Shown here one piece after another: positions 20,398 to 41,310 of a stretch of DNA of 64,000 nt; position 1 is the first letter of the stretch, and each line of letters begins with the position of its first letter. A program made the position numbers and the translations under genes. The stretch is from the NCBI RefSeq assembly GCF_009914755.1, contig NC_060932.1; one strand, given 5' to 3'. The notes under the pieces were generated by a model. It did no database searches. It saw nothing but the letters and a program-made list of their open reading frames with translations, and was not told the DNA's origin. This stretch comes from the human T2T-CHM13v2.0 reference genome, Homo sapiens.

Positions 20398-20669
20398 CTT
20401 TTTCCAGAAAAATGCACAAAATTTTTCACCAATTTCAGAGGACATTTGGAGCCGCTCTGCAGGTCCACAGTCAAAGGGATCTGAATACCGTGAATGCGGG
20501 TGCAGCTGTTTTCTACATTTTGCAGTTGATGTTCTGGGTCAAGCTGAACATGACCAAACAGCTGCACCCACATTCACGGTTTTCAGATCACTTTGACTGT
20601 GGACTTGCAGAGGGCTCCAAGTGTCCTCTGAAATCTGTGAAAAATTTTGTGCATTTTTCTGGAAAAAGT
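20397..20669. repeat. Long inverted repeat: ~115-bp arms, 44-bp spacer
   Basis: 20397-20511 versus reverse complement of 20556-20669 shows 7 mismatches and 1 indel by manual alignment. Confidence 0.95.
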
Positions 20670-20943
20670 ATCCCCTGGAGTCTCCATTTGACACTGAACA
20701 CTGTTTACAAATATTATACCCTAAGACGTTCCTTTAAATAAAATTATCTTGTTATTCTGAGAAAAATCTTGTATTTAGGTATCTTGATGTTATAGAGCAG
20801 CAGCATCACAGATGTGATACTGATGCTGAAAAGGTTTTCCCCAGGCTGGCTTTTTCATTCAAGAAATTATCAGATGAATGAGATTGGGCAAGTTTCCACC
20901 TGTCAGTGTTTCAGTTTCTTCAAATCTAAAATGTAGGAGGCCA

Positions 20944-23633
<2,690 letters not shown>

Positions 23634-23665
23634 CTAATACAGCTCCTACTCGTTTCTGTCGACAG

Positions 23666-23854
23666 GTGAGCTTAGACTCCCGGGTGAGAGAAGTGATCAA
23701 CAGAAACATGGTGGAGCCATCCCAACACATATTCGATGATGCTCAACTTCAGATTTACACCCTGATGCACAGAGACTCATATCCTCGATTCATGAACTCT
23801 GCTGTCTATAAGGACTTGCTTCAGTCCTTATCGGAGAAATCTATTGAAGCATAG
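23666..23854 (+). CDS. RGS20: RGS20 last coding exon (VSLDSRVREVINRNM...RDSYPRFMNS...EKSIEA*)
   Basis: CAG acceptor, RGS C-terminal motif DSYPRF, TAG at 23852-23854. Spliced CDS is 146+84+235+189=654 nt = 217 aa plus stop. Confidence 0.97.
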   Translation: MSLDSRVREVINRNMVEPSQHIFDDAQLQIYTLMHRDSYPRFMNSAVYKDLLQSLSEKSIEA

Positions 23855-24700
23855 GATTTTTCAAATATATTTATTATTAATAAAATAATAAAAGAATTCA
23901 TGGGCTACAACTAGCACAGGGAATTTAGAGGTTGTAGCATCTTCTGCTGGAGTAATACTCAGGCTATTCTAATAACAGATGATTCCTTCAACAGACTGCT
24001 ATATATTCACCATGTAAACTGCAGCCACCTTTAGTGATACTTTTGAAAAAAAAAAATAAAGGGATATGGCTGTTGTAGAAAGATAGCGTATTTGCATTTA
24101 CAATAACAGTAGCATGTTGTCAGTGGCCAAGGCTACACAGAAGGCTCCCTGCTGCCCGGAGCAGGTACATCCACCAGAGCAAAGGGAACCACTTTTATTT
24201 TGCATGAGTTTGGTAACTGATTACTCTCCCCTCAAAGAAAAGACATTCAGGTGTTTCTCAACGACATCTTCTGTCCAGCAAGCTCGGTTTGAATACGTCA
24301 CTTACCAGTGCCATTGCAGGACCCAAATTCACAGTTCATAAAAGATGTGACCACTACATGTAAAAATAGCATTCTACTTGATCTTACAGTATGTATGTAT
24401 GTATGTATGGAGACATATGTGTGCGTGTGGATGTCTACATGGTTAATGGAAAGCACTGTGCTCTGAAGTGGATCAGTCTCAAGTGTCTGGTAACAGCAGC
24501 AGTGCTTAGAAAATTCTTTTGTTGAAAAGAGTTACTGTTATTATCAGAATTTGCCAACCTAAAGAATGAATTTTTAAATTCATAACTTGGTCGTGTTCAC
24601 AACAAAACTGTCAAATAAGCATATTTCCATTTTTATTACTGAAAGAAATATGGGCATTTTCATTCTTTAAAGAAATAAAGCACAAGAATTTTATCTCAAT
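23855..24700 (+). other. RGS20: RGS20 3'UTR (end approximate)
   Basis: Non-repetitive AT-rich sequence after the stop, ending near AATAAA 24674. Confidence 0.75.
24674..24679 (+). terminator. RGS20 distal polyadenylation signal AATAAA
   Basis: AATAAA followed by T-rich sequence. Proximal AATAAAs also at 23879, 23887 and ~24055. Confidence 0.7.
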
Positions 24701-25999
24701 CTTTATTTTTCCATATGTACGTATTTGGGAAATAGAAGATTAAGAAAGTAGGGATACGTGCAGCCTATCTTTTAGCTCCCAGACTAGGATTCTGTCCTTA
24801 GATCCCACTATTTTTATCATAGATAAAAAGAATAACTTCTCACAGGTAAAACTACCAGTTGGTAGACCTAGACCATCCTGAAGAAATCCATCTCTACATA
24901 GAATAGGAAACACACTCAAAATCTGGGACGCTCTGAGTAGTGGGAAAGACGCTACTTTGCAGGAGGCGGCACCGTGCTCCTGCCCTCGAGGGGAATGGTT
25001 CTCCTCTGGGTCCTTCTCCCTCCCTGGCCCCTCCATAGCCTGCCTGTATCTTCATGACTCAACTCAAGCCCCAAACCCAAGCCCCTCTCCTTCATTCTCA
25101 GGAAACCATTTTACCTCCTACTCTACTATGCAAATTGTGTCCGTAAGTCCCCTCAACTTCCCGTGCAACCTATAAATATATATAGATCAGCGTCTATTCT
25201 CATCTCCCTCAGTCCAGTCCCAGAGAACAATGTGCTCTCCTCCTTTTTGAGGTGTCAATCCCTTACATGTGCTTCCAAGTTTTCCAATCTCATTTCTTAC
25301 TAAAAAAAAAAAAAAGGATGTGATTGCAAATAAGACATAAACCCTGCCCTCTAGTAGTTTACATTCAGTAAAGGCAGACAGACATGTCAGTGGCAACTCT
25401 GATATAGTAAGAACCACAGCAGGGGAAGAACAGCGCTGTGGGAGTCACGAAGGGTTATGGAAAGATTCTGGTGGAGATGGCACCAAAGTCAAAATCCAGA
25501 GAACAAGAAGAATGGATGTGTTGGAGGCAGAGAGGGCACTGGATGAGATGGTATTCATAACTGAGTGACCCCAAAGGAATCGACATGCTGAGAACGAGGG
25601 AAGACACACATGAAAGGACATGTTGGAATCAGTTGGATGGAGGGATCTGGGTGGGTGAGTCTAGGCTGGCGTACTGATTTTGGGGTTTTTCAGCACATAG
25701 GGGAATAAGATTGCCTGGAGAATTATGCATGAAAAGATAGCTGAGGGTAAATCATTGCAAGGATAGACAGAACTGACAGCCCCAAAGGAGATTTAGGATT
25801 CACCTTGTCAATAAAAGTAAGAAGAGTTGGGGAATATGGAAATATGGCAGCAAATGCATGGGAGTGTCTCGAGGGGCGGTGGTGAACAGTGGTAAATGAA
25901 AGACTCTTACTTAGAGCTTTGTTCCAGCAGTTTCTCCCCACCCTCCTGTATCACTGAGTTCACCTTGGCTTTTTCCCGCACCGTAAGCATGCTCGATTT

Positions 26000-27420
26000 C
26001 CCGGTTAAAAACAAACGCGCGTTCCACTGTAACAGCTGCCTCCTGTCGCCCCCTTTCTCATCAGACCTTTCACAATAGCCCACACTTGCTGTCTCCATTT
26101 CCTCATCTCCCCATTCTCACCTTGAGCTGCTCCAGTGCCCTCAACTTCTCCAAGGAGGCCTCTCCCTGCCAAGTCTACAGCGCAGTTTTCCCAGCCTTCT
26201 CAGTGGGCTGCTCAGCTCCTGATATCATGGATGGCTCCTTCCTTGAAACAGCACTTCCCTCAGCTTCTGAGGTGCTCTCCTAGTTCTCCATATTCTCTCT
26301 CTTCTTCGTTTCCTTCCCAGGCAGAAGAGCACAGCAGCTAAGGGCTTGGGTTCTGGAATCAGACTCTCGGACTCCTCTACTGGCCATGTGGCAGTGGGAA
26401 CTCAGCCTTTCTGGGCCTGCTTCCTCATCAGTGAAATTGAGGATAATAATGGTGCTAATCCCTGGTGTTGCTGAGGATTAAAGCGAGTCCATGTACAATA
26501 CAGTAAGCACTTACTACACGTTAGTCGCTGCTGTTATTACCTGGCCGTTAAATGTGGTGGCCCCTAAGGCATGGACTTGGGTTTCCTTTTCTTGCCAATC
26601 TGTATGTTCTCCCTTGGTCCTCATATCCCCTTGTTTAAAATACCTACCAATCTACTGATGGCTACCAAATTGGGATCAAGACTTTTCTCCTGAACTTGAG
26701 AATCAGCTCCCAGCTGGCCATCTCCACCGGTGTATCCCACGGAGGGTGGAACACACCACTGCTTGGTTGTGACTCATGACCCCACTGCCTCCATACCCCA
26801 AGCCTGGCCCTGCCTGCAGCCCAGTGACCTAGTCAATCACCTAAGCTCTTATCTGGTGTTAACTGTGACTCTTCCCTCCTTTTCTCTTCCCACACATAAT
26901 CACCCAGCCTTGCCAATTTTACCTCCTAAATATTTCTTACCTGTCTCTTTCTTTCTTCCGACCCCCATCATCTCTTATCTGCATCATTGACAAAAGAGCT
27001 TCCTGGTCTCCTGCTCCCAGTCTCAGCCCATTCAAATCCATCTTTCAAATGCCTACAAGGTGGTCAACCTCACATAAATTTCTGCTTGTCACCATCCCTC
27101 CACTCCTTAACATCTTTCAGTAGTTCCTGATTGCCTGGAGTCAAATACTGAGTTCTTGGCCCAGCATAATAAGCAAGGCCCTCTGCAGTCAGGCTACTGC
27201 CTCCCTAGCCAGCTGTTTCTGTTTTAGTCTCTAGAACACAGATGTGTAGAAAAGGTGCATATGCCACTCAGACCTTCATGACTGTTCCTGAAAACTTGGT
27301 TTCTGCTCTCCCTTACCTGCTCCCTCTAAAGTTCCACTCTTTACCCAGCGAACTCCTATCATTTCTATAAGATTTGCCTCCTCCAAGAAACCTGACCTCT
27401 TAAGTCATACCTACATCCTG
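26000..27420. mobile_element. Degenerate L2 pieces with an embedded MIR (~26330-26540)
   Basis: MIR core CTTCCTCATCAGTGAAATTGAGGATAATAAT; pyrimidine-rich L2-like flanks. Confidence 0.55.
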
Positions 27421-27539
27421 TGTTTGGGGGCCATTTTTTAATGTTGCAGGAATATTCTGCACAATATTTATCATTTGAGTCATTATAAATTGAGACTCCC
27501 ATCTCAAAAAAAAGTGATATGTATATATATGTGTGTTTA

Positions 27540-28185
<646 letters not shown>

Positions 28186-29600
28186 ATGGACAGATCAGCA
28201 AAACATTAAGATAAGTCAGCCTGATATTAACCCATAACCTTAATGCTCCCCTAGGTCTCTTTTGCTTCTGCAGGTTAACTGGAAATCTTAGCAGTATTCT
28301 CACAGCTTTTGATGTTTTGTATCAGCTCTTTTATTTAACTCAAATATTCACCCAAAATAATTTAAGATTTTTTTTCACTTGCTTGTGAGAGCAACCTGTT
28401 TCAAATTAGCTTAAGCACAAAGGAAAATGATTTCTCCTCATAAGCAGGAAGTCTACAGTAGTTCCAGCTTCCACATGGCTGGGTCCAGATGTCCGATATT
28501 ATCAGGACTCTCTCCATCTCAACTCCCCTCAGCTTCATCATACACAAAGGATCTCTGCATGTAGTAGGCAAAAAGCTGCAGGGAGCCCCAAACGCAGCTC
28601 AAGGTGGCTTAGCTGTCACTGTTCATATGGGAATCTCAAGGACGGGCATGGGGTAGGGGGGACACTGTGAATGAGACCTGCCGGAGTCATGTAGAGAGGA
28701 GAAGGGGCGAAGCTGCCCCTAAATAAATTAGGAAAGCATTTGGGAACTAATGCTGAGTTCATTCATGAGTTCACTAATGCTGAGACAGAAGCTATACCTA
28801 TCACAGTCCAAACTCCAGTGCTCTCAGTTTTTGCTTTTTTAATACCTGCTATACTTTCACATTGGCATTATCACACAAATAACGTTTACTTCAAAGTAGT
28901 TCAGTCACCCAATTATAAAAACACTTGGACCAATTTAACCAGACTGTATGGGATATCACATATGAAATGTGTCTCTTTGGAATCATGGCCATTAAGGGGA
29001 AAAATAAAAATTAGCTATCTTTATATAGCATCCAGGGAGAGGAATCAGAACAAGGTAAGTCACCTGAGACAGCTCCCTGTGCTTTCAATTTCCATCCTCC
29101 AGCTGGATAAACAAGTACCAAGAGTACACTGAAACTGTTGCATCACTTTGCAGAAATAAAGCACCAAAAGGGATCTCCCAACACTCTAACTCCTTACATT
29201 CCTTATTTTAAAGTTGGAGTCTAAAACATGACCAACCATTAATTATCCACTCTACCTCTGCAAGTCCTCGACCCATGGAACATTCTTTCTTTCTTTATAT
29301 CTTAGCTCTTGAACAGCCAAGAACATCATGTAACACATTGATAAAGACATATCCAAGAAAAACTATTTCATGAGCACCTATGTGACAGGCATTCTTCTGG
29401 ATGCTAGAGACAGCAGTGAACACATTTCCCACAAGAACTTAACTCCACCTCTACTAAGTTATAGCTGTTGATTATCGAATATAGCCATGATTATAAGCTG
29501 TTTTTTCCACTCAATTTCACTATTACTTTTTATTGACTTCAACTTACTTAAACATTGTTCAACATAATTCTTCCATTACTTCCTAGGAATTTGTCAGTAA

Positions 29601-31646
<2,046 letters not shown>

Positions 31647-31954
31647 CTAGTATTTTCCAATAGCAAGACTCACTATTTGGTCTCTCACATTAAATTAAGT
31701 GTACACATGGGATGCACTCACGTATTTACTCAGAACCTGCCATTCCATCCATCGCCAGAGGTCCAGGAAAAGATAAGAAAGAAAACATGCTCTGTAATGC
31801 TGCTGAATACTAGTTTTTACTGAAGACCAGGCTTCACTTAATTAAAACTGTACTTTAGAAATACCTTAGTAGTTGAGGGGACAGCAGGTGTGTGGTTAAA
31901 CAAAAGGTAAAGCAAGCTTCATTGTCTAAATAAAATGACAAAATGTGATATATG

Positions 31955-33498
31955 TTTAACAACAAAAAAAACTTTATTGAATTACAAATTTTAAAATGGA
32001 TCACTTAAAAGTGAGATTATTTTATTCTGAAACATTATTTCAAAAATGTACTTTGTTTTTGAAATAAAACAAAATCTTCAACTATGAACTGACAAAATAG
32101 AGGTGAGTTGGTACCAGCGGGCCAATTCTTAACACGGACATTTAAAAATGCTGCTTTCTGTATTACAACAAAATGATATGCAATAAGAAATTGGAAAAAG
32201 GGAGCAAAGGAGAGTGCAAAGCATGTACTGAGGTCTTTCTATGGGTGCCTGACAGAATGCAGATTCAGCATAAAATGTAGACTTTGCAACAGTGGCCTTT
32301 AAAGTATGCTAGAGCAAGTGTACCCTAGGGAACCTATGTCAAAACAATTTTTGTCTTACTCCAAACAGAAAAAATGGTACACACTTTAACAAAAGCAAAA
32401 CTTAATTGTAAGATCTGTACTGTAAAGCTACTTGCTATAGCCCATATATTCAGTTTGTTCAACAATCTCACTCATGACAGAAAAAGTCAGCAAATAAGAC
32501 TTGGGACAAAATTATTTTCTATCAGTCTCCACATGGAAAGACCACAGCTTTAATGAATTATACAATCCTTAAGATTAATCCTTGGTCAGTATAGATTTCC
32601 GAATCAAAATCTAGTCATGAACTGTTTACAATAGCTATACTACACTAAGATGCTAAACATTTTCTTTCCAGTATGTCTTCCTAAGAGGGGAAAAAAATAG
32701 TGGGAAGTTTTCATCTTTGCCTATGAGGGGATTTATGAAAAGCCTTCTAAACTACAACAGTGTTCTTCTGCAAAACTAAAACACATTATAAAGTCAAACA
32801 GGTAAATTAACAGGAAAACCAAACTGATCTCAATAAAGTCTTGTTTCCAAAAATCTATTAAGAACAAGTAATATACATGTACAAGAAATTACAAGAAATG
32901 ATGATCACGGTTAGTTACAGATGCAAAATAATATCTAATATTCCAAGCTTGTGAACATAATAATTAAAATCAAATTCATAAGCTACCTCAAAATTATGTA
33001 CATTTTAGATAAGCTGGTCAAGTATTATTTGAATACACACCATATTTGGTAAACCTAAAATTATATTACCTTTTCTCCTCCTTTAATATTTGTAGCTACA
33101 TGCCAATATGGAAAAAAATGTATTTTCATTTATGTATTAATAACAGAGAGTAACAGAATTTCTACTGTGTATGTTTCACAGTGTAAAAGAAAAAAAGTTA
33201 AGGTATATTTTCCTTTAAGAAAGAAGAAATATTGCCAAGAGTTTAATTAATATCAACTTACTTATAAAAACAGAAAAAATATGTTTTGAAACAGGTACCA
33301 TACAATTATTATATGGTCTCCCTACTGATCTGAAACTACAGAAGGCATTTAAGGAAGGGATGTTAGGTCAAAAACAAAGTCTAACCCAAGTTGCTTTAAA
33401 AATTTGATTTGCAGGAAAACTAGTTGCTTGGCCTAGTTTAAAGCTAGTTACAAAATCCGTTTTCTTAATGGTCCAGATATTTTGCCAATTCTTCCAAC
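31955..33498 (-). other. TCEA1: TCEA1 3'UTR (~1.5 kb)
   Basis: Repeat-free AT-rich sequence between the stop codon and the poly(A) signal. Confidence 0.85.
31973..31978 (-). terminator. TCEA1 polyadenylation signal AATAAA
   Basis: TTTATT on +, with U/GU-rich sequence downstream on - (TTTTTTTTGTTGTT). Confidence 0.8.
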
Positions 33499-33507
33499 TC
33501 AACAGAA
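33499..33507 (-). CDS. TCEA1: TCEA1 exon 10 coding part (FC*)
   Basis: Minus strand TTTTTTGACAG|TTC TGT TGA completes ...GNRWKFC*. Confidence 0.92.
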   Translation of the reverse strand, partial: FC

Positions 33508-33955
33508 CTGTCAAAAAAGAAAAAATATTTTGTAAGACCTTTAAATACCAATAAGGTACATTCCCCATTTAATACAGCATACACCTGATATTGCTTTTAA
33601 AAAAGATGCATTTTTGAAAAAGATGCTGTATTTTTCACACATAATAATCACCTATCTTAAGTGCCTGACTTTCCCAACTTAGAACTACTAGGAACATACA
33701 ACTAAAGAACTTGTATAAAACAATTTCAGCATTTTTATTAAATACCTCTTTATAATGTTTTTAAGGTTAAAAAAAAAAAATAACAATTCCAAAATTGAAC
33801 TTCTAAAATATGCCACTCTAGGCATCAGCTTTCTATCCTAAAATTGAACTTTCTTAAATTCAATTAAGTACTATGTCAAAACTTGTGTCACAAAGTGCAT
33901 GTATTCAAAGCAAACTGCACTGTACACCTCATCACCATAATAAAAATGATCCATC

Positions 33956-34800
<845 letters not shown>

Positions 34801-35785
34801 CTAGTTCATTTCTGATTTTCAGAAAGTGCTTTAAGCTAAGTGAATAATTCAAAATGAGCATTAAACTGAAAAGTCTATGTAAGTATAAATGAAAAAAAAA
34901 AGAATCTTGTACAAACTTCAGAAAAACTAATAAAAATAGCCAGCATTTTTAGAACACCAACAATTATCAGGCACACTAAATATATTATCTCTACTCTTCA
35001 TCACAATCCGAAATGTAGGTACTATTTACATTTAATACATAAGAACAATATAGTTCAGTAATGGGAAGTGGCAAAGGAGTTCAAAATCAGTTTGTATGAT
35101 TCCAAAGACTAAACTCCTACCACGTAAGCCTCCCAAACTCACACCCTTAACATCCTCATCTATAATAATGATTAAAATGTTTTTAGTACTGATATGTATT
35201 TCTGCTCCCAAATTTAAATTTTATGCTTTTGTTTCACAAAATCCCTCAAGAATGAATCATTTAAATAATATAAACTTGCCTGTGTGGGACTAATTTCAAG
35301 AGCACACAGGCAATATGAAGGCTTAGTGAAAAGCCTACCAAATGACAGCAGTGCTCATCTGTAATTTCTAAAATAAACACTAAAATCATTGGGTCTGATT
35401 TCAACAAGGGAAAAAAAATTTTCCAAAATCAAAATCTATTAAAACAAGTAATACACATGTATAGATTTTCTGGAAGTACAAGAGTCAAAACAACTTAATG
35501 AATATAGTATAAATAGGACAGTGATATAATAATTGAACAGTTAAGATTCACTCCCCATTTCCTGCACCAAAACAAATAAAGGTGGTAAAGTCAAGTTAAT
35601 ACTCTTTATTTCTAGTAGGGTAACAAGATGGTATATTCCATTACAAGTAGTCAGGGAGTACAAGAGTACTGTATAGTGTGAGCATATCTGTATATATTTA
35701 GATATCTAGGCAGACCTATGAAAAGACCAGAAGAAATCTTTCTATTTTAAGTGAGTATATAATATGAATCCAAGAGAGTCCATAC

Positions 35786-35857
35786 CTTCCATCGATTTCC
35801 ACATTCATTACAGACAACAAATGTTGTCATTGGTTCATCAGCACTACGGGTTTGTAC
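35786..35857 (-). CDS. TCEA1: TCEA1 exon 9 ([24 protein letters not shown]), TFIIS acidic hairpin and zinc ribbon
   Basis: QTRSADEP motif; CTGCAG acceptor, AAG|GTATGG donor, 72 bp. Confidence 0.97.
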
Positions 35858-36709
35858 CTGCAGCAAAATTAAATTAAATGTACTTTTTGCAGTACTATTA
35901 AAAAACCCAACCCAAATAATGTTATACATAAAGATATATATTTAATAAATATAATGGTACCACAATAAAATGAATAGAAGTCTGAAACAAGTTCAAATAA
36001 GCTAAATAATGTCAACAGAGCACGCACTTCCAAACTTCATTTTCCTAAGTCCTTCTTTGTCTTTCCTGTTTAATATATCCCAGATAAGTGGGAAAATCCT
36101 CTAAAGTCACACCTTATATTTTTTATAAATAGCTAATAAATATTTTAAAAATTCATCAGTAAGTTATTTCGAATAAGGATCTCAAAAACAATTTCATCAG
36201 TAAGAAGCACAGAAATGAATAAATTTAAACATATGTCAATATTCTCTTACAAATTAAGAAGATGTAAAAATTGAGAATATCTCAGTCTGACAAATATAAC
36301 TCCAACAACCTTTCTAAAAGTTAGGCAGCATTGTCTGTAACCTAGAAACTTGATATCTAATCTATTTCTAAGATGGCAATTAAAAACACAAAAATACAAA
36401 GGATGTTTAAAGAGTATAATTTTATAACAGCACAACACTAAAAACAAATATCCAACAGGGAAGTAATGACATAAAGTAAAAGTATATCCATCTGATGAAA
36501 TATTACACAGCCAGTAAGATGCTTACAAAGGTTTTTGGGTTTTTTTAAAGAAAAGGGAGAGAACTCCAGATGTGTTTGGTTTCTTCAAGCATTTAATGTT
36601 CAGCAAGATCAAAAGTTAAAAATGGCAACAAACAAGAAATAATCAGTGACCAACAGTTTAGGCACATTGCAAAGAACCTGAGATTTTGGGAAATGCCAGA
36701 AAAGAATCA

Positions 36710-37015
<306 letters not shown>

Positions 37016-39267
37016 TCAAGTTGAACTATGCTGTGGATAAGAGGGTACCACATTAACCATAGCACTGCAGAGTACTTGAAACGTTTTTATGACCTTTCAG
37101 ATTCTGATTCTGATCTTTCTGATAAAGATAGCAAAGCAATGAATCAAAAGAAAATACAGAAGAAAAAACTCCAGACTAAAAAAGAAATATTCAAAAAAAT
37201 CTAGTTGAGAAAAAGAAAGAAACCAAGAAAGCTAATCAAAAGGATTCTGAAAATAAAACTGATATAGATAATTCTGAGAGAATTAAAAAAATGAAAACCA
37301 TGTAAATCTAAGATAGCTCCCAACATAAGTCCAAAGAAGGAGAGCAAAAAATTTACACAAAAAAGTACAAAAGAGAAAAAAAACATTATTCAACATACTA
37401 TCAACTCTTCTCTCAAAGAAAGATGAAGGACATTAGACTCGGGCACCTCTGATGTGAAATCTCCCAAGATCAAGTGTTCTAAGACAAGAAGAGAAATGCA
37501 ACCAGTGGTTCCATCCATAACGGCAAGTGGCAGTGATGGTTATGAAAACTCAACAGACAGTAAAATGTTTGACAAAGATGCTCTAAAGGAAGATTTAGAA
37601 AGTGTTAGTAAAACAGGAAGTGATGAGGAATCTAAAAATGAAATTACAAGTATTGGTAGAGCTTCAGGTGATGATGACAATGGAAGTGATGATGAAAATG
37701 AAGAGGAGGATGAAGAGAATGGTGAGGATGATGATGCAAGTGACAGCAGCCCTAATCTTGCAAGGGGTAAAGGAAATATAGAAACTAGTTCTGAAAATGA
37801 AGATGATATGGCAGATTTGTTTCCAGAAGAATCAAGTTTTGGGCATGCATGGAGAGAATCAGATAAACCTGCTCCTCGTGCTGATGACATTACACATTAA
37901 TTAGCAGTTTGCAACATGGACTGGGATAGATTAAAGGCAAAAGATTTGCTGACTCTGTTCAACTGATTTAAACCTAAAGGAGGTGTTATATTTCCTGTAA
38001 AAATATATTCTTCAGAGTTTGGAAAGGAGAGGGTGAAGGAAGAGCAAGTTTGAGGATCAGTAGAGCTATTAAGTGTTCCTGAAGATGCCCCAAAAAAGGA
38101 CTGGACCTCTAGAGAAAAACTGAGAGGTTATCAACTCAAATGACTGAAGTACTATTATGCAGTAGTAGACTGTGATTCTCCTGAAACAGCCAGTAAAATT
38201 TATGAGGATTGTGGTGGCCTGGAATTTGAAAGTAGTTGTTCTTTCACAGATCTAAGGTTTATACCAGATGATACTACTTTTGATGATGAGCCGAAGGACG
38301 TAGCCTCAGAGGTGTATTTAACAGCATATAAACTAAATATATATCATATCTGCTGCAATGGGAACATCAATGGTGGAAATCACTTGGGATGAGACTGAAC
38401 ATGAAAGAATTACAACACTCAACAGGAAGCTTAAAAGGAAGAGCTTTTGGACATGGATTTTCAAGACTACTTAGCTTCCTCTAGCGAAAATGAAGAGGAG
38501 ATAGAAGAGGAGCTACAAGGTGATGATGAAGTCAATGTAGAAGAAGATGGGAAAACAAAAGTCAGAAGGACGATGAAGAACAAATCACTAAATATAGGCA
38601 ACTTTTGCAGGTTATTCAAGAAAAAGAAAAGAAAGACAAAGAAAATGATATGGAAATGGAAACGAAGTGGGTTCCAGGTCTTAAAGAAAGTGCAAAGAGA
38701 TGGTCAAGAACAAATTGAAAGGAAAGGATAAACTGACCCCTTGGGAACAATTTTTAAAGAAGAAAGAAAAAAAGACAAAAAGAAAAAGAAGACTCTTGCT
38801 AAAGAGGCCAGTGAAAATTAACTTCCCTCTGATGTTGATATGAATGACCAGTACTTTGCTAAAGAAGTTTAAAAAAATAGGTATAAAGAAAAAAGTGAAC
38901 AAAATCTGCAAAAGATGGCACATCTCCAGAAGAAGAAACCAAAATAGAAAGATGAAAGGCTGAAATGGCTTTCCTTACTGGATGAGGAGGAGGAAAGTAA
39001 GAAACACTTCAATTACAACAAGATTGTGGAGCACCAGAACCTGAGCAAAAAGAAGAAAAAGAAGAAAAAGCAGCTCATGAAAAAAAAGAAATTATTAGAG
39101 GATGACTTTGAGGTAAATGTTAGCAATGCATGGTTTCAAGCAATGTACACTTCCCACTTGTTCAATGTGCATCCCTCAGATCCCAATTTCAAGAAAACAA
39201 AAGCTGTGGAAAAAACCCTTGAGGAGAAAGCCTGGCAAAGAGAACAGAAAAAACAAGAACTTACTCA

Positions 39268-39515
<248 letters not shown>

Positions 39516-39879
39516 AAGTCCACTGATCCTGCCTTGTCAATGTTTATTAAATCTGTAAAAACCAAAACAGAGCAGTTTCAAGCAAGAAAAAAAAAGTCAA
39601 ATAACTGGATGTTATTTCTTTTTGAATTGAAAACATCCCCTAAAATATACAGAAATAGTAGGAGAAATATTTATTGGGAACAAAGCTACCTTTCAAGAAT
39701 ATGAATAAAATCTCATTCTAAACATAGTAAAATTTTTCTTCATAAATAGTTGTTCTTAATTGTGGATGACTGACAAATTTGTATTGTATATTCCTATAGA
39801 TTAGTCATAATTAAATCAAATTACCTGAATTGTAGGGTTTATAAAATGTTTATATTTTATGAAGTTCAATTCCAACTAG

Positions 39880-40223
<344 letters not shown>

Positions 40224-40764
40224 TACTCCAGCTTTTTAAAAGGCTGTTTACAATTCTATGTAAAAATAGAGCAGTATCTACGCTTGTTTGTTTAAAGGTT
40301 AGGGATAATTTGAAATATATATATATATAATACATTAATTTCTCTGGGAGCAGGAGGCAGATTTAAATAGCTATTAAAATAATTTATTTTTCTAGCCATA
40401 AAAGATGGAAGAACTTTTTGTTGTTTATCATGTTAAGTTTGTTTATGAAATTAATTTGTAAATAAAAGAGCAAAATATTTTTATTATTTTTGTATAGCAC
40501 TGATTTATTTTATACATCTCAAACTATTCTCTGGAAAAATTTTAAAAGAGAGGGAAATGCTTACATTATGGTAGCTAAGTTAAAAGAAGAGCATAAAATA
40601 GTTTTTACAGTACTTAATTCCAACTATACACAGAAAAAAATTCACTAAATATTGCAAACAACAAAATACTGGTAATTGTTCTCTTTGGAAGGCAGCTTAA
40701 TGGATGACTTAAATTTATTACTCATATTTTTCTGTATTTTCCTAATTTTTCTATAAGCCATTAC

Positions 40765-41310
40765 TACTGCAATTCCACTGTTGGGTACATAACCAAAAGA
40801 AAGGAAGTAGAGTCTCAAAGAGGTATCTGTACACTTAAGTTCACAGTAGCATTATTCACAATAGCTAAAAAGTAGAAGGAACCCAAGTGTCCATCAACAG
40901 ATGAATATACAAAATGTGGTATGAACATACAATGGAATATTATCCAGCCGTAAAAAGTAGGGAAAGTCTGACATATATCACAACACAGATAAACCTTGCA
41001 GATATTATGCTAAGTGAAATAGGCCAGTCACAATAAGACAAACATTCTATGATTCTACTTATATGAAGTACTTGGTATAGTCAAATTCTGAGAGTCAGAG
41101 AGCAGAATGGTGGTTGTTGGGCTGGGGAGAGGGGAATGGGGAGTTACTGTTTAATGGGTAAAGAGTTTCACTTTTGCAAGAGGAAAAGTGTTCCGGAGAC
41201 TGGATGTACAGCACTGTGAATGCTCTACTACTGAACAGTACACTTAAAAATAACTGGTTAAGTTGGGAAATTTTAGGTTACATATAAATTCTACCACAAC
41301 TACTTTTTTT
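40765..41310 (+). mobile_element. L1MB-like 3' end
   Basis: GCAATTCCACTGTTGGGTACAT...CAATGGAATATTATCCAGCC...CACTTAAAAA. Confidence 0.75.
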
